Shown here in pieces: positions 43,711 through 62,156 of a stretch of DNA of 64,000 bases. Each line of letters begins with the position of its first letter. Position 1 is the stretch's first letter. The stretch lies in assembly GCF_009914755.1 (NCBI RefSeq), contig NC_060930.1, one strand, 5' to 3'. The DNA is from the human T2T-CHM13v2.0 reference genome, Homo sapiens. Both the position numbers and the translations under genes were made by a program. The notes beneath the pieces are model-generated. The model had not been told where the DNA came from. It saw nothing but the letters and a program-made list of their open reading frames with translations, and did not search any database.

Positions 43711-43906
43711 CATCAGGAAGATATAGCAATTATAAACTTATATACACCTAACAACAGAGCCCCCAAAACCATGAGACAAAAACTGACAGAACTGAAAGGC
43801 AAAATAGACAATTCCAGAATTATAGTTGGAGACTTCAATACTTCACTTTCAATAATAAATAGAACTACTAGAAAGATGATAAACAAGGAACTAAAAAATT
43901 CAAACA
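43711..43906 (+). mobile_element. L1M ORF2 endonuclease fragment
   Basis: HQEDIAIINLYTPNNRAPKTMRQKLTELKGKIDNSRIIVGDFNTSLS. Confidence 0.88.
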
Positions 43907-45117
43907 ACTGTTGTTTCTGGAGAAGACAACATACATTGTAAGAACTTGGAATCAGAAATAATGAATACATCATAAAATGAAGACCTCTTAGTGATGAAAT
44001 TAAAAGAAATTTTGAAGAAACTAATAGGACTGTTACTTATTTAAAACGCTTAAAGCAAAACAGAAACCAAATGTAGATTAAACTAACTGACAAAGATAAA
44101 ATGATCTATGCACCTACATAACATTAAGAGCTTCCAAATCAAGAAAACTCCATTGCAGTTAGAAAACAAAACAAAACAAAAACCAACAAAAACAAACAAA
44201 CAAAAAAACACAGAGATAAGCCAAGGCTCCAGCTGAGATGTAAATGGTATTTACATCCTTTGTATTCTGCTTCAAGAAAACAAAATTATTTTCACCAAAT
44301 ATCAAATTTAGAGTGAATTTACCCCATAAAGACAGAGGAGAATCTTTTCAAAGTAGTTGAAAAGATCAGCCATAAATGTAAAGAGCTAGACACCTATACA
44401 GTACACATCAAATTTTTTTCAGAAAATTTCTAAAGAATCACTGGCTATTATCAAAGTCAGCTTTTTTTTTCATGGCCAGAAAGTTTATGATAATAGGTTG
44501 ATAGCTCTACCGGCTGAAAGAAACTTTAGTAATTAAGAAAAGAAAATGCATGCATTAGTCAAGAAAGTATTAAGAAATTAAGCATTTCGGTAAGTATGTT
44601 TACATCCTGATGCTTCAAATGGGGCATTTGACAGAGGCCAAGAGGACCATCAAGGAATTTTTTGGTTGAAGAGATCCCCAAGGAAAGGATGAACATCGAG
44701 CTATGATGACATGGGGATCCAAGGTCCCGTGCCCCATGTAGACCAGATACGACCTCCTTCATCCCAGGGTCAGGACAGTAAGAGCAGGATCCCTCCACCA
44801 GTCCATCTCCATCCAGTTACAGCAGGATGCTTCCCCAAGAGCTAGCCAGAGCTTGTCCTGGTGCTCCCTGTGCTGGCCGATGCTCAGAACCTTCTTTTGG
44901 TTTAACACTTCCTCCATTCATGGCACCACAGCCCAGGATGTCATTCTGTGAGAGGGCAGATGCTACAAGGGGGTCCTGGGGGCTGGTTTAAGAGGACTCC
45001 CTCTTCCCCTTATTCTGAAAATGAGGATGAACTTACACAGAATCTTCTCCACTGAGGGACTTCCCTGACACAGCATATCTTCCACTGGGCAACAAAAAAT
45101 GTCTCTACACTAAGTAG
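43907..45117 (+). pseudogene. Highly degraded processed pseudogene of the cTAGE5/MIA2 (CTAGE) family
   Basis: Colinear intronless peptide blocks with stops and frameshifts: EENLFKVVEKISHKCKELDTY (from 44335) vs recalled cTAGE5 EEKLSKVDEKISHATEELETY; HGQKVYDNRLIALPAERNFSN (from 44471) vs HEKKAHDNWLAARNAERNLND; DASNGAFDR vs DVPNTAFGR; IKSFQIKKTPLQLEN vs IKNLQTEQASLQSEN. Confidence 0.82.
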
Positions 45118-45189
45118 TACTAAGTAATAAACACTAAGTAGAAAATGCAATATAGAATGGCATAAGAACAGTCTGTATATGCTGTTAAA

Positions 45190-46150
45190 TAGAGATCTCC
45201 ATGTAATGAACCACTTTCTCAACACCAGTTACAAAACAGCCCATTTTCTTCATGGGTTTATGGTGCCACTTTTATTGTATATTAAGTTCCCAAATAGACT
45301 TGGGTGTATTCTGGGCATTCTCTCTTATTCCATTGGTCTATCAAAGATGAACTGCAGATGACTTAAAGATTTAAACATGAAAGTTAAAATTACAAACATA
45401 ATAGAAGAAAGAATAAGGGAGTAACTTTGTGACTTGGGGTATGGGAAAGACTGCAGTCTACAAATCAACAAGAAAAAGATGCAAACCCATTAGAAAACAG
45501 GCAATGGATCTAAAGAGGTAATTTTCTAGAAGAAATGCAAAAGGCTAACACACATATGAAGAGATGCCCAGACTCAGTAATCCATGGAAATGTAAATCAC
45601 AGCAAGAATGAAATTATGCTTTATACCTATTAGTCTCAGCAGCATTTTGAAGGCTAGATAATGGTAAGCATTGGCAGGAATACAGGGATCTGCACTGGTG
45701 TGGGAGTGAGACTAGCAAAGTCTTTCTGAAGAGCAACTGGTCAAATTAAGTACACGCATGCCTTGAGCCCCATCAGTTCCACTTCTGGATGTGCAACCCA
45801 AAGAAAGGACACATAGCTTCATAACCAGGTATGCATAACGGTGTTCTCTGTGGCGCAATTTATAGTGGGAACAGGACTTGAGGCAAGAGTACTCTATAAT
45901 GGTTAAAATCAATGGACTTGAAATATACACGAATGAATCTTTAAAAGAGTGTCAGTTTAAAAGGTGAAACCGAATGAGGTAAAGAATCCTCATTTATGTT
46001 AAATCAAATATACATGAACCCCAAATGACAGAACACATTTTGGAACATTTACAAACAAACAAAAAATACATATGAAACGCTTTAAAATGGTTTCCTACAG
46101 TCAGAGGTGGGGAGAAAGGCAGATAGAAATGGGGACAGAAAGGAATAATA
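45190..46150. mobile_element. Old L1M 3' portion with an inverted 5' segment
   Basis: Antisense ORF2 piece at 45190-45341 followed by its sense continuation from about 45343. Confidence 0.6.
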
Positions 46151-46792
46151 AAACCAGAAAAAGATCCAGCACAGGGCAACAGTGATAATGTGCCATGAAG
46201 TGAGAAGTTGGATTCATTCAACTTTAACACCTAAGGATTATGACAAAAAAATACTACTGTATAAAGTACGATCTTACATTGCCATGCAGTTCCACACAAT
46301 TCCTGTAAGCTTTTAAATCCAACATTTTCATTATTTTAACAAGATACTGTCAGTAACTTATGAAATTACTCAGTTAAGTGTACTGGTTTAAGAATCTAAT
46401 TATATCTGTTTATAAATACACGATGAGGTACAGTAAGACACTTAAGAAAAGAAAGCAGATTTATCAATTCATGGGGCTATACGCTCTCTGGACCTAAAAC
46501 TAAAAGTCAGATGCATAAGAAGCGATGGCACAGCTGCTGCATTGACTGCACGACCATACATGCAGCCACATGAGGTCTTGAGATTGGAAAGGCATTTTTA
46601 AACATTGCAAAATACCCGGCATTATGCAAGATTGGTCTGGGAACATAATGTGGGATTCTGACAAGCAAAGCTATATATATAACATGATGATACGTCTTGC
46701 TAGCAGTGGGACATGAGGAACTCAGGTATGTTGACTCACAGGTGGTGCTTTGGCATTGCAGATGCTTCAAGTTTTGCAGCCAAAGAATATAG

Positions 46793-47251
<459 letters not shown>

Positions 47252-47586
47252 TCCACCTTCTTTCATTAAGACATCTACCTTCAATTCTTTGGTAAATCCC
47301 ATCAGACCACCAAAGGAATAAAACAGAAAGAAAATTAAGCAAAACAAAAGAAAATCTCTTCCTCTATTTATCCCTTCCCAAGATCTTCCTCCAGTTTAGC
47401 CAAACTCACTTTCTTGCCTTTGAGTGAATGGCCAGACTCCTGTGTCTTGCCTGCATCAACATTTTCGATCTCTGCAGCATAGGAAATAATTTTTTTCTGT
47501 ATTATAAAAATATTGTGCCCAGTTAAAAAATTTTAAAAGGTGAGAGTTACCCAAGTGTGTCTTAAACATTTTTAATGTTCAGAAAT

Positions 47587-47896
47587 CTTTTTCTTTTTCT
47601 TTTTTTCTTGAGACAGGGTCTGGCTCTGTCACCCAGGCTAGAGTGCAGTGGTGCATTCTCAGCTCACTGAAGTCTCAACCTCCCTGGCTCAAGCGGTTCT
47701 CACCACCTCAGCCTCATGAGTAGCTAGGACTTACAGGCACATGCCACCAGACCTGGCTAATTTTGTTTAGTTTTTGTAAAGAGGGGGTCTCACTATGTTG
47801 CCCAGGCTGGTTTCAATATACGTGACACATGGACTCAAGTAATCCTCCTGTCTCAGTCTCCCAAAGTGCTGGGATTAATGAGCCACCATGCCTGGC
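47587..47896 (-). mobile_element. AluJ
   Basis: Antisense dimer; TSD CAGMAATCTT. Confidence 0.92.
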
Positions 47897-48829
47897 TCAG
47901 CAATCTTAAAGACATTACAAAGGAGCTATCGACGGAAGAAGTTCAAACCAAAGATTAAAAATAATGTTGGTAATCACTCTGAAAAATAAAATTATATGAG
48001 ATAAATTCAAATGATGGAACCCCCCCACACACACACACTTCTTAGTGTTTGTACATTTGCTTAATCCCCATGTAGTGTACAAAATACAGAAACAGAGTGT
48101 TTCTGTAATATTCCATTATAAATAGTTTTCTCATCCTTTAAAGCTTTTTGCTTTACAGAACATGAGAGCATAAACGGAGAGGCTATAGTCTTCAAAGAAT
48201 CAGCGATTTGCACTATTTGTAAGGGGGAAAAAAGTTAAATCCTTACTAATTAGATTTGTTTGCCAGCAAAAATGTTGTCTCTGTAGACGTCAACAATGAC
48301 CACCCTATCGTCTCTTTTTTAGCCTTAGCTGGCAGGAAGGTCAAAACTAAATTCCATTACCATTTAACTGCTAACCCCAATACATTCAATTCCCTGTTCT
48401 TTCTGTAGCAAAGGGCCCTGGATTGACCATAGCAGGGTTCATCTTAGGATTCAAGCATGTCTTGGGGGCTAGAAAGGAAAAACCACGAAGAGTGTAGTTC
48501 CATGAAGAAGGGACAGAAAATGTGAGTGTACAAGCTGGTTAAAAGATGATGTGTCAACACAAGAGGTGGGCTTGTATTTAGACTCGTGTCCAGGGGTGTG
48601 ACCTCTTATCCCGCGGACTGACCCTTGAGTTCTAAGGCTGGGGACAACTGCTGGGGACAATTGATTTTACCATTCATCAATTCCGTTGAATTTTGGTGGG
48701 AAATACCTCATAGAAAAAGAGGGGAAACTGAATGGAAAGGAACTCCACCTTTATTCTACTGAAAATCAAATGTTTGAGAAAAGTAACTTATGCATAATGT
48801 AATGCTGTTATTTTACAAAGTGATTTTTA

Positions 48830-53417
<4,588 letters not shown>

Positions 53418-54629
53418 ACAAAGTGATTTTTAAGAACATAAAAGATTGCCAAATAAATATGATTCTATCTTATAATTTTAGTTTGTAATTGGAATTTTTC
53501 AAAGTTTCTAAAAAGTTTCTTTTAGGGCACCTTTCAGCTGTCTTGTCTTTTTGTCAAAGAACAGTTTTAGAACTATGTTATCTTGACTGACCTATTATTT
53601 TGAAAGTCTCACTGAAAATTAGAATAAGATATTTAAAGTACATACTTTCACCCGAGTTTTGCATGATGCATGATGCTGGGATAAGTGGTTTACAAAATAT
53701 ATTTAAAATATTCCTATCCTATGGATCTTATAACTAGCACTAGTAAAACTGAGGTGACTCAATGCTTTGCCCTTTTACTATCCAATAAATATACCAGATG
53801 AAAAAGAAAATAGAATATTTACACCAAATACATTCACTAATATAAACATGTTTGTTGAAGAGTTAGGATTTACATATTCACATTGGATCAAGATAGAAAC
53901 AGAATTGGGAGGACAAGAGATTTCACTTTCATACTTGGTAGTTCAGACATCCTTGTTAAAGAGTTCAATCTACTTTGATAGCAGGGGAAATTTTTGTTTC
54001 TGAGGAATTTCGGTGCTCTGAGGTAGAAAAGGAATATATATAGGATCTCAGACAATTGGAATTCCCATGACCTCCCAGGTGCTGAGGGTTGAATCTCCAG
54101 GCCCTCCCACGGGCCCTCAGCCTGGAGCTCCCGACAGCCACTTCTGGGTTGGGGTGGAAAGGCTTCAGGACCAGCAGGGAAGGGAAGGCCACAATGGAGT
54201 TTTGTATCCATGCATGTGGGTTATTTCTTCCCTGAAACCTGGAGACCAGAGGCTACCTAACTCAGACAATGTGAGTATTAAAAAACTTCCTGTAGCAATA
54301 AGAGCATCAAGAACATAAGACGCATTGTAGGATAAGAGCAAAAAAAAAAATTATTCAAGGACTCGAACTTAAGGGTTTTTTGAAGTTTTTGAAGGTTGTG
54401 AAAAAAACTGGACACGAGATGTTCAGTAATTGTTTTGGGAATTCTTTTCTTGGAAATATCACGCTCATTGTTAGCCAGGCAAAACAGACTTTCTTGGTTC
54501 TTAACTACACTTCAAATTTTAAAAAGGTATCTTATTTTGTTTTAATTATTTTAAATGCTATTATTTATTATCCCTTAATCAATATATCAATCTATCAAGT
54601 CATCAGAACATTTAGGAATTCAATCTTAC

Positions 54630-54797
54630 TTTTATCTGGACAAGTTTAATTTCATCAAATCTTATATCAGCAAGAGATTTCCTTGTCTGGCCTCTTCGGT
54701 GTCCAAATTTACACTTATTTCTAATCACTTGCTCATCATCTTCTATGGGTCTTCGAACATATTTAAAGCGATCTTTGAGGGCTCGTTTCCATAAAAA
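54630..54797 (-). CDS. SAMD3: SAMD3 coding exon
   Basis: ttttattttacAG| ... |GTaaga; 168 nt, phase 0-0; FLWKRALKDRFKYVRRPIEDDEQVIRNKCKFGHRRGQTRKSLADIRFDEIKLVQIK. Confidence 0.93.
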
Positions 54798-55249
54798 CTG
54801 TAAAATAAAACAGACCAGTTAATCTTCAAGGAGATTGAGATAATCCTATATAAACAATACGTCTATACAACAACAATACATACCTATCATCTTTGGGCTT
54901 GAAATTATTTTCACATCATGGTAATAGAAACAATATATCTATCCTTCCTTTTATCCTCACAGCAATCTTGTGACACTGCTACAGAAATTATAAACCCTAA
55001 GTTATAGGTAAGCAGACAAAGTCACAGAAATATAAATCTTTTCCCAATGTCATATGGTTATTGAGTAAATATATTGGTTCTTGAACCTGGATTTTCTAAT
55101 TCCCAAAAGTGATACTTTCCACTATACTCTGTCTCCACAACCAATTCCATTTTTCTAGTGGGTTCTAGAAAAGACCTGATAGTGGCTTATGGATTGATGC
55201 ATTTTCTTTAAAAATAATTTCCTGTCATCTTTTGAAATTTGTTTTGATG

Positions 55250-56640
55250 AGTACTATTGGCATTCACTCCCTAAGTGTGTGTGGTGCCTCTACTGTTTCA
55301 AACAAAAAGACCAACTCCCCACTCTGGGAGGGAGAAGGGTGTAGGTGGACCTCACTTTCAGTGTAGCAGAGGGATGAGTAATTTCAATATAGAGTGAAAA
55401 GTATTATAATAGGGGAAGATACATCATTCATTTACATTGTGTTAGGAGATCATAAAAGCCTTCCTGTAGGAAGTGAATCTAAACTGCGGCTTAGGTCTTA
55501 GGGTCAGGTAACTGCATGAAGGGATGGAGATAGCAATGGGAAATGCCAGTTGGGTAGATGCACAGAAGTTCCGGAAGGATGAAGCTGCAAGTGCAATGGA
55601 ATAGAGGGAGAGCTGGTGCCCCTTAGAGAACTACCAAGAGTTGCGCGAGGCTGGAGCACAGAGCTCAAGATGAGGGAATGACAGAGGATGGGGTAAAAAA
55701 TAAAGTGGGAGAGAGGAGCCAGCCCAATCATCAACGGCCATGGTCACCCCATTAAGGAACCTCAATGTAATCCTGAACCAGATCTTAAATCTGTCTCTGT
55801 GGACAGGCTGTATTAGAATCTCATAGGAACTTTTGCCCTTGGTCTTTCCTCTAAAGCAATGGTTCTCAAAATTTAGCCTGAATCAATTCCTGGAGGACCT
55901 GTTAGAGCACAGGTTGCTGAGCACCACTCTCAGCATCTCTGATTTTGAGGTCACGGGTAAGCTGAGAGTGTGCGTTTCTTGCAAGTTCCCATGTGATGCT
56001 GCTGCTTGCTACTGTTCGGGAGATTGGAATGGAGCCCAGATGTCTGTATTTTTTAAACCTCTACAGAGAATTCGTCAGAACAGCCAGGTTAGGAAGTCTT
56101 CCTAGGCCATGTTGAGTTGGGAGAGTGAATGGTCCAGATTTGAGCTCTGGAAGGATCTGTCTGGCATGTGGAGTTTTTGTGAGACCAGAGACATGGACAA
56201 TACCTAGGAAGCACCCCTGGACTTCTACCTCAATATGCCAACATCTCTTCCACTGCTGGGCCTTCAGTTTGGGCCTGGAAAGCTTTATCCCTCTGTTCCC
56301 ACACCTAGATGGTATGTAGTTAACCCTTGCTTTGCCTTCAGGTCTCAGCTTAGCCTGTGCTTCATGGAAGTGTCCTCTGGCTTCTGTAACAGCTTGGTGT
56401 TGGATCTCTCCTTTCTTCACTGGCACTTATCACAGTGGTAATCTACCCTCATCTATGTGATACTTTGTCTGTTTCTATTTATATTTCTTTTTCTTTTCTT
56501 TTCCTTTCTCTTTTCCCTCCTTCACTTCCTTCCTTCCTTCCTTTCCTCTAGGCTATAAGCACATAAAGAAAGGCTCATGCCTGCTTTGCCCACCAAGCCC
56601 AGCACGGTGCTTCATGCATGCTAGAAACTATAAATGTTTG
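55250..56640. mobile_element. L2 fragments with a MER5A-like element at about 55855-56010
   Basis: L2 motifs gccttcctgtaggaagtga and cccagcacggtgc; caatggttctcaaa MER5 terminus. Confidence 0.6.
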
Positions 56641-56736
56641 ATGTCTTGTGTCAATACTCTGTGAAGCAGGAGATGCAGGTGTCAGCATGACAGACCAGAA
56701 GCAAGACTCTGAGTCTTGGCAGTGCTTAGCTGGTAA

Positions 56737-57066
<330 letters not shown>

Positions 57067-58597
57067 GGCCCAACCCTTCTTGAAGACAGTGCCTTAGGGC
57101 TGCTTCTGCTGCTCTTCTCCGCTGCAATGCCGTGTGATTGAATAGATCCCCACAGTGAGTGCGGGGAAGGGAAAAAAAAAAAAACCCCTGCAGGCATATG
57201 GGCCTGTGTTTCCCTCGAGCCCTGGCCAAGAGAGAAAGTGGTAAGTCGCCAAATGGCTTTGGGCATGTTTTCTAAGCTCTATTTCCTCATGGGCCAATGG
57301 GAATGACACCAAAATAACATTAGCCAAATGCTTGGCACTTAGATTTTGCCATTCCTGGTTATATGGTTTGTAAGTCCCAATGAGAGTAATCCCTGAAAGC
57401 ACCATAGCCTAAGTTGGGAAGACTGCAGGTCCAAGTACTAGTGTGAATACATATCAGCCAAGTAACCCCTCTTAATTTTAGTTTCTTCAACTATAAAACG
57501 GAACGATAAGATCTGTCCTATCAACTGCACTAGCCTTTTGGGAGAGTGAGTAGCTACTCATAGAAGATATTTGTAAACTAAAGTGCTGTTTGTAAAGTCC
57601 TTCAACAGCCCTAGTAAGAAAGGCAGTGGTTGAGGGTTGGAGTATGGCTTCAGCACTGATTAAGCTCCCAGGTATGCATGAGTCAGAGGTGCCTTATCAC
57701 CTCCCATAGGCTTGCTTGTGAGCCTGGACTTTACCATTGCTGTTTTACCACAGAACAGACAAAAAGAATGGCTTGTATTTTTCTTAGCCATGAAATATGA
57801 ACTAAAGCAAGTATAGTACATTTTTTTTCCATATGTTTTCTGTAGCTCTGAAGGGTTTCTAAATGTGCTGAACCTGGTGGGACGTATTATAGCAATCAAC
57901 GGCTAGGACATTTTTAAATTGCCAATTTCTTCTTTCTAGCCTCTCCCATCTCTCCTTATTAACTGTCTGATAGGAACAGAAAAAGGACAAATCAAATACA
58001 ATCTTCCACATGAGTATTCAATCAATGAGTATTTACTGAGAATCTGCTATATGCCTGATACCATGAGTTACTTAAGCAGACGCCTCAGGTAGGCAGTCTC
58101 AGTAGGAAATATTTATGTTATAGAATAATCATCCCTCTCCTCCATGTTTCCAGCTAGAGAGGGTGTAGAAAGTTCTACATGAAGACAGCTCTCCGTCAAC
58201 CACTCTGAAATAAAAAATGGCCCTGAAATTGCAGACCTCCTGTTGTGACATATGAAGCAGTCCACAGCATCACGAGCAGATCTTTGCACATTCAAATGCA
58301 GAATGTGGACCGTCTTACATGGCAACTGGACTAGACTTGTCCAAAAAGCAAATATCCAGAAAAATAAAAAAGGGTATGGAGAGACTGTCTAGGCAAAAAA
58401 AAAAAAAAATTAAAGAGACATAATAACGAATGCAATGCATAATACTCAATTAGATATTATAGCAAAAAACTATCTTTAAAACATTTTTGAAAAATTGGAG
58501 AAATGTGAATATGGATTGTATATGATATTATGCACTTATTGCTAATTTTCTTGGGTATAAGAATGGTATTGTGGTTATATAAGAGATTGTCCTTATT

Positions 58598-59215
58598 CTT
58601 TTTTTTTTTTTTTTTTTTGGAGATGAAGTCTCGCTCTTGTCCCCCAGGCTAGAGTACGACGACACTGATCTTGGCTCACTGCAACCTCCGCCTCCTGGGT
58701 TCAAGCGATTCTCCTGCCTCAGCCTCCCGTGTAGCTGGGAATACAGTTACCTGCCACCATGCCCAGCTAATTTTTGTGTTTTTAGTAGAAACGGGGTTTC
58801 ACCATGTTGGCCAGGCTGGTCTTGAACTCCTGACCTCAGGTGATCCACCCGCCTCAGCCTCCCAAAGTGCTAGGATTACAGGCATGAACCACCGTACATG
58901 ACCTTTTTTTTTATTATTATTATTTTTGAGACAGGGTTTTGCTCTGTCATCCAGGCCGGAGTGCAGTAGTGCAATCATAGCTCACTGCTGTCTCAACCTC
59001 CTGGGCTCTAGTGGTCCTCCCACCTCAGCCTCCCAAGTAGCTGAGACTACAGGCTCATGCCACCATACCTGGCTAATTTTTTTTTTTTTTTTTTTTTTGT
59101 AGGGATGGGGTTTTACCATGTTGCCCAGGCTGGTCTTGAACTCCTGGGATCAAGTGATCCGTCCGCCTTGGCCTCCCAAAATGCTGAGATTATAGGCGTG
59201 AACCACCACTCCCAG
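58598..59215 (-). mobile_element. Two tandem antisense Alus (AluS 58598-58897; AluJ 58903-59215)
   Basis: Two dimers, each with poly-T. Confidence 0.93.
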
Positions 59216-59350
59216 CTGTTCTTATATATGTTATGGTGTTTAGGGATGACATCTGCAACTTGCTTTTAAATGCTCAACCAAAACAAACAAACAAACAAAC
59301 AAATATGACAGAAGAAAAATAAATGTGGCAAAAAAATCCCTAATCTAGAT

Positions 59351-59638
59351 CAGTAACTCTCAGCCAGTGACGTGATGTTGCTCCTCTCCCTCCCCTTGTT
59401 TGGTTTTGCTGTTGTTGTTGCTTTGTTTTGTTTTTTAAGAGAAATTTTGCTTTATTCTGTAGTGTGCTTACTTTAGTGATGTTTGGGGACATGTCTGGTT
59501 GTTACAACTGGGTGGACAGAGTGCTACTCACACCTAGTGGGTGCCAGGGATGCTACTAAATATACTTCAATGTACTAGACAGTCCCCAGCAGAAAGAATT
59601 ATCCAGCCCCAAAGGTAAACAGTCAAGAGGTTGAGAAA
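59351..59638. mobile_element. MER20-like hAT MITE
   Basis: cagtaactctca...gccagggatgctactaaa...aaagaattatccagccccaaa...ggttgagaaa. Confidence 0.75.
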
Positions 59639-59705
59639 ATCCATGTTGTTAGGAGTATATGCATATCAATGTAGCATTCTTTCAACTTTTGTTCAGATTT
59701 GAAAC

Positions 59706-60038
59706 TTTTCTTTTCTTTTTTCTTTTTCTTTCTTTCTTTTTTTTTTTTTTTTTTTTTGAGATGGAGTTCCGCTCTTGTTACCTGGGCTGGAGTGCAATGG
59801 CGTGATCTCAGCTCACTGCAACCTCGGCCTCCCGGTTCAAGCGATTCTCCTGCCTCAGCCTCCTGTGTAGCTGGGATTAAAGGTGCCCACCACCATGCCC
59901 AGCTAATTTTTGTATTTTTAGTAGAGAGAGAGTTTCACCATGTTGGCCAGGCTGGTCTCAAACTCCTGACCTCAGGTGATCTGCCCGCCTTGGCCTCCCA
60001 AAGTGCTGGGATTATAGGCATGAGCCACCGCACCCGGC
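59706..60038 (-). mobile_element. AluSq-like
   Basis: Antisense dimer with a long T-rich tail. Confidence 0.93.
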
Positions 60039-60660
60039 CCCAAATTTTTCAAAATTAAGAGTTAAAAATAAACTTAGCCCTAAAAATAACCAAGTTTGTG
60101 CACCCTTTTTCTTTCTCCACCCCTGCCTCCCATTAATGTTCTCTGAAATTTTGTACATTTTCCACTGTAACATTAGAAACACAACCTCACACACACTCGC
60201 AGGGAGAATTTGGGTAAACATCCATCCAGGCACCAGAGTTTCTCCTTCTACTCTATGAGTGCAAATCTGAGCCCTAATCTGCTAAGCAATTTTGCACACA
60301 TCTCTTTATCAGTTAACGGTCCTTAGTGAATGTCACTGGGAACAGATGTGGATAAAATGGACACAAGAGCAAAGAAAGCATTATTTGTTACTTTGTACAT
60401 GTCTCACTTTGATAACCATCAAACTAAAGGTCAAAAGGTATTGAATCAATATGGATTTGCTTAGGTATATGCAAAGATTCTCTAGAGGGACTCTAATAGT
60501 ATTGGTTACTTATGGGGAGGAAAATTAGGTGGCTGCAGAAGCAAGGGCGGGTGGGAAACTTTTCTATTTATACCCTTTTGTAGTTTTTGAATTTTGAGCT
60601 ATGTAAATATGTAATTTATTCAAACAGTAAATGTAAATTTAAAAAAAAAACACAAGTTCT

Positions 60661-60916
<256 letters not shown>

Positions 60917-61315
60917 TTAAGTTGGTAGATGTATCTCCAGTGTAGAAGAAATTCTGAGAATCAGTTTTGTCAGCCATATTGACATGATTGTCAATGTTGG
61001 GATGCCAGGTTTGTGTAGTATTGTTGTTGTTGCCTTGTTTTTTTTCCTTCGCTTTTTTTGTTTTTTTAGAGGAAATTCAGTTTCTTCTGTAGTGCACTTT
61101 ATATGCAGCAGCATATTTTGGAAAGGATGTCATCCTAGAAGCAAGAATACCTGAATTCTAATCTTGGCTTCAATAACTATCATTTTTCCAGACATGGTAT
61201 ACAACATCTTTCCTCAGTCTGAGTGGTGAAAAAAACCTTTAATTACCTCTCCCACTGAGAAAATTCTGTGATTCTCTCCATATATAATGAACCTTTTCTT
61301 GAAAATACAAAAAAA

Positions 61316-61491
61316 GAAGGAAGAAAGGAAGGAAGGAAAGAAGGAAGGAAGGGAGGGAGAGAGGGAGGGAGGGGTAAATACAAATAAGGAAGGAAGAAAG
61401 GAAGGAGGGAAGAAAGAAGGAGGGAGGGGAGGGAGGAAGGAAGGAAGGAAGGAAAGAAGGATGGAAGGAAAGGAGGAAGGGAGGGAGGAAA
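61316..61491. repeat. (GGAA)n/(GGGA)n polypurine repeat
   Basis: Direct reading. Confidence 0.9.
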
Positions 61492-62040
61492 CAGAGCCTT
61501 AAAATGTCTTTATATTCATAGATAATTGGCATTTATCCTTTGTTGTTCTTGGAAATAATTGCTGAAATTCCATGTCCTTAAGAAAGCACAGCAAAAAATA
61601 TCTTTTCACAGACATCTGAGACAGTAAAGCACAAAAAGACATCTATCTTCTTTAGATATGCCTACCAATGTGTATGCATATGGCATATAGAGATACAGGG
61701 AATAATAGACCATCTACCTTTTTGTATACATAGCTACAGTTCCTTGTAATTGTTCCTTAACTCATAAAGTTACAGCATCATAAACACTCAGTTTTTTATT
61801 AACTATTCTTAGGTACAGTTCAATAGTGTTGATTATATTCACATTGTTGTGCAATGAAGACAGTGGTCTTTGAAATCCAGGAGACAGGCAGGTTCAAACA
61901 GCAAACTTTGTGTTGAAACGTCAGCGGCAGTGGTTCTCAGCCGTGGTTGTACATTAGAATAATCCCATCCTCAAATTAATTCAATCTGAATCTCTAGGAA
62001 TCCTAATGTGCAACCAGAGCTTAGAACTGCTGCCCCAGAG

Positions 62041-62156
62041 AATTGCTTGAACCCAGGAGGCGGAGGTTGCAGTGAGCTGAGATCGCGCCACTATACTCCA
62101 GCCTGAGTGAGAGAGCGAGACTCCGTCTCAAAAAAAAAAAAGGAAAAAAAAAAAAA
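62041..62156 (+). mobile_element. 5'-truncated Alu right arm
   Basis: Perfect 18-bp TSD AGAACTGCTGCCCCAGAG at 62023-62040 and 62157-62174. Confidence 0.92.
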
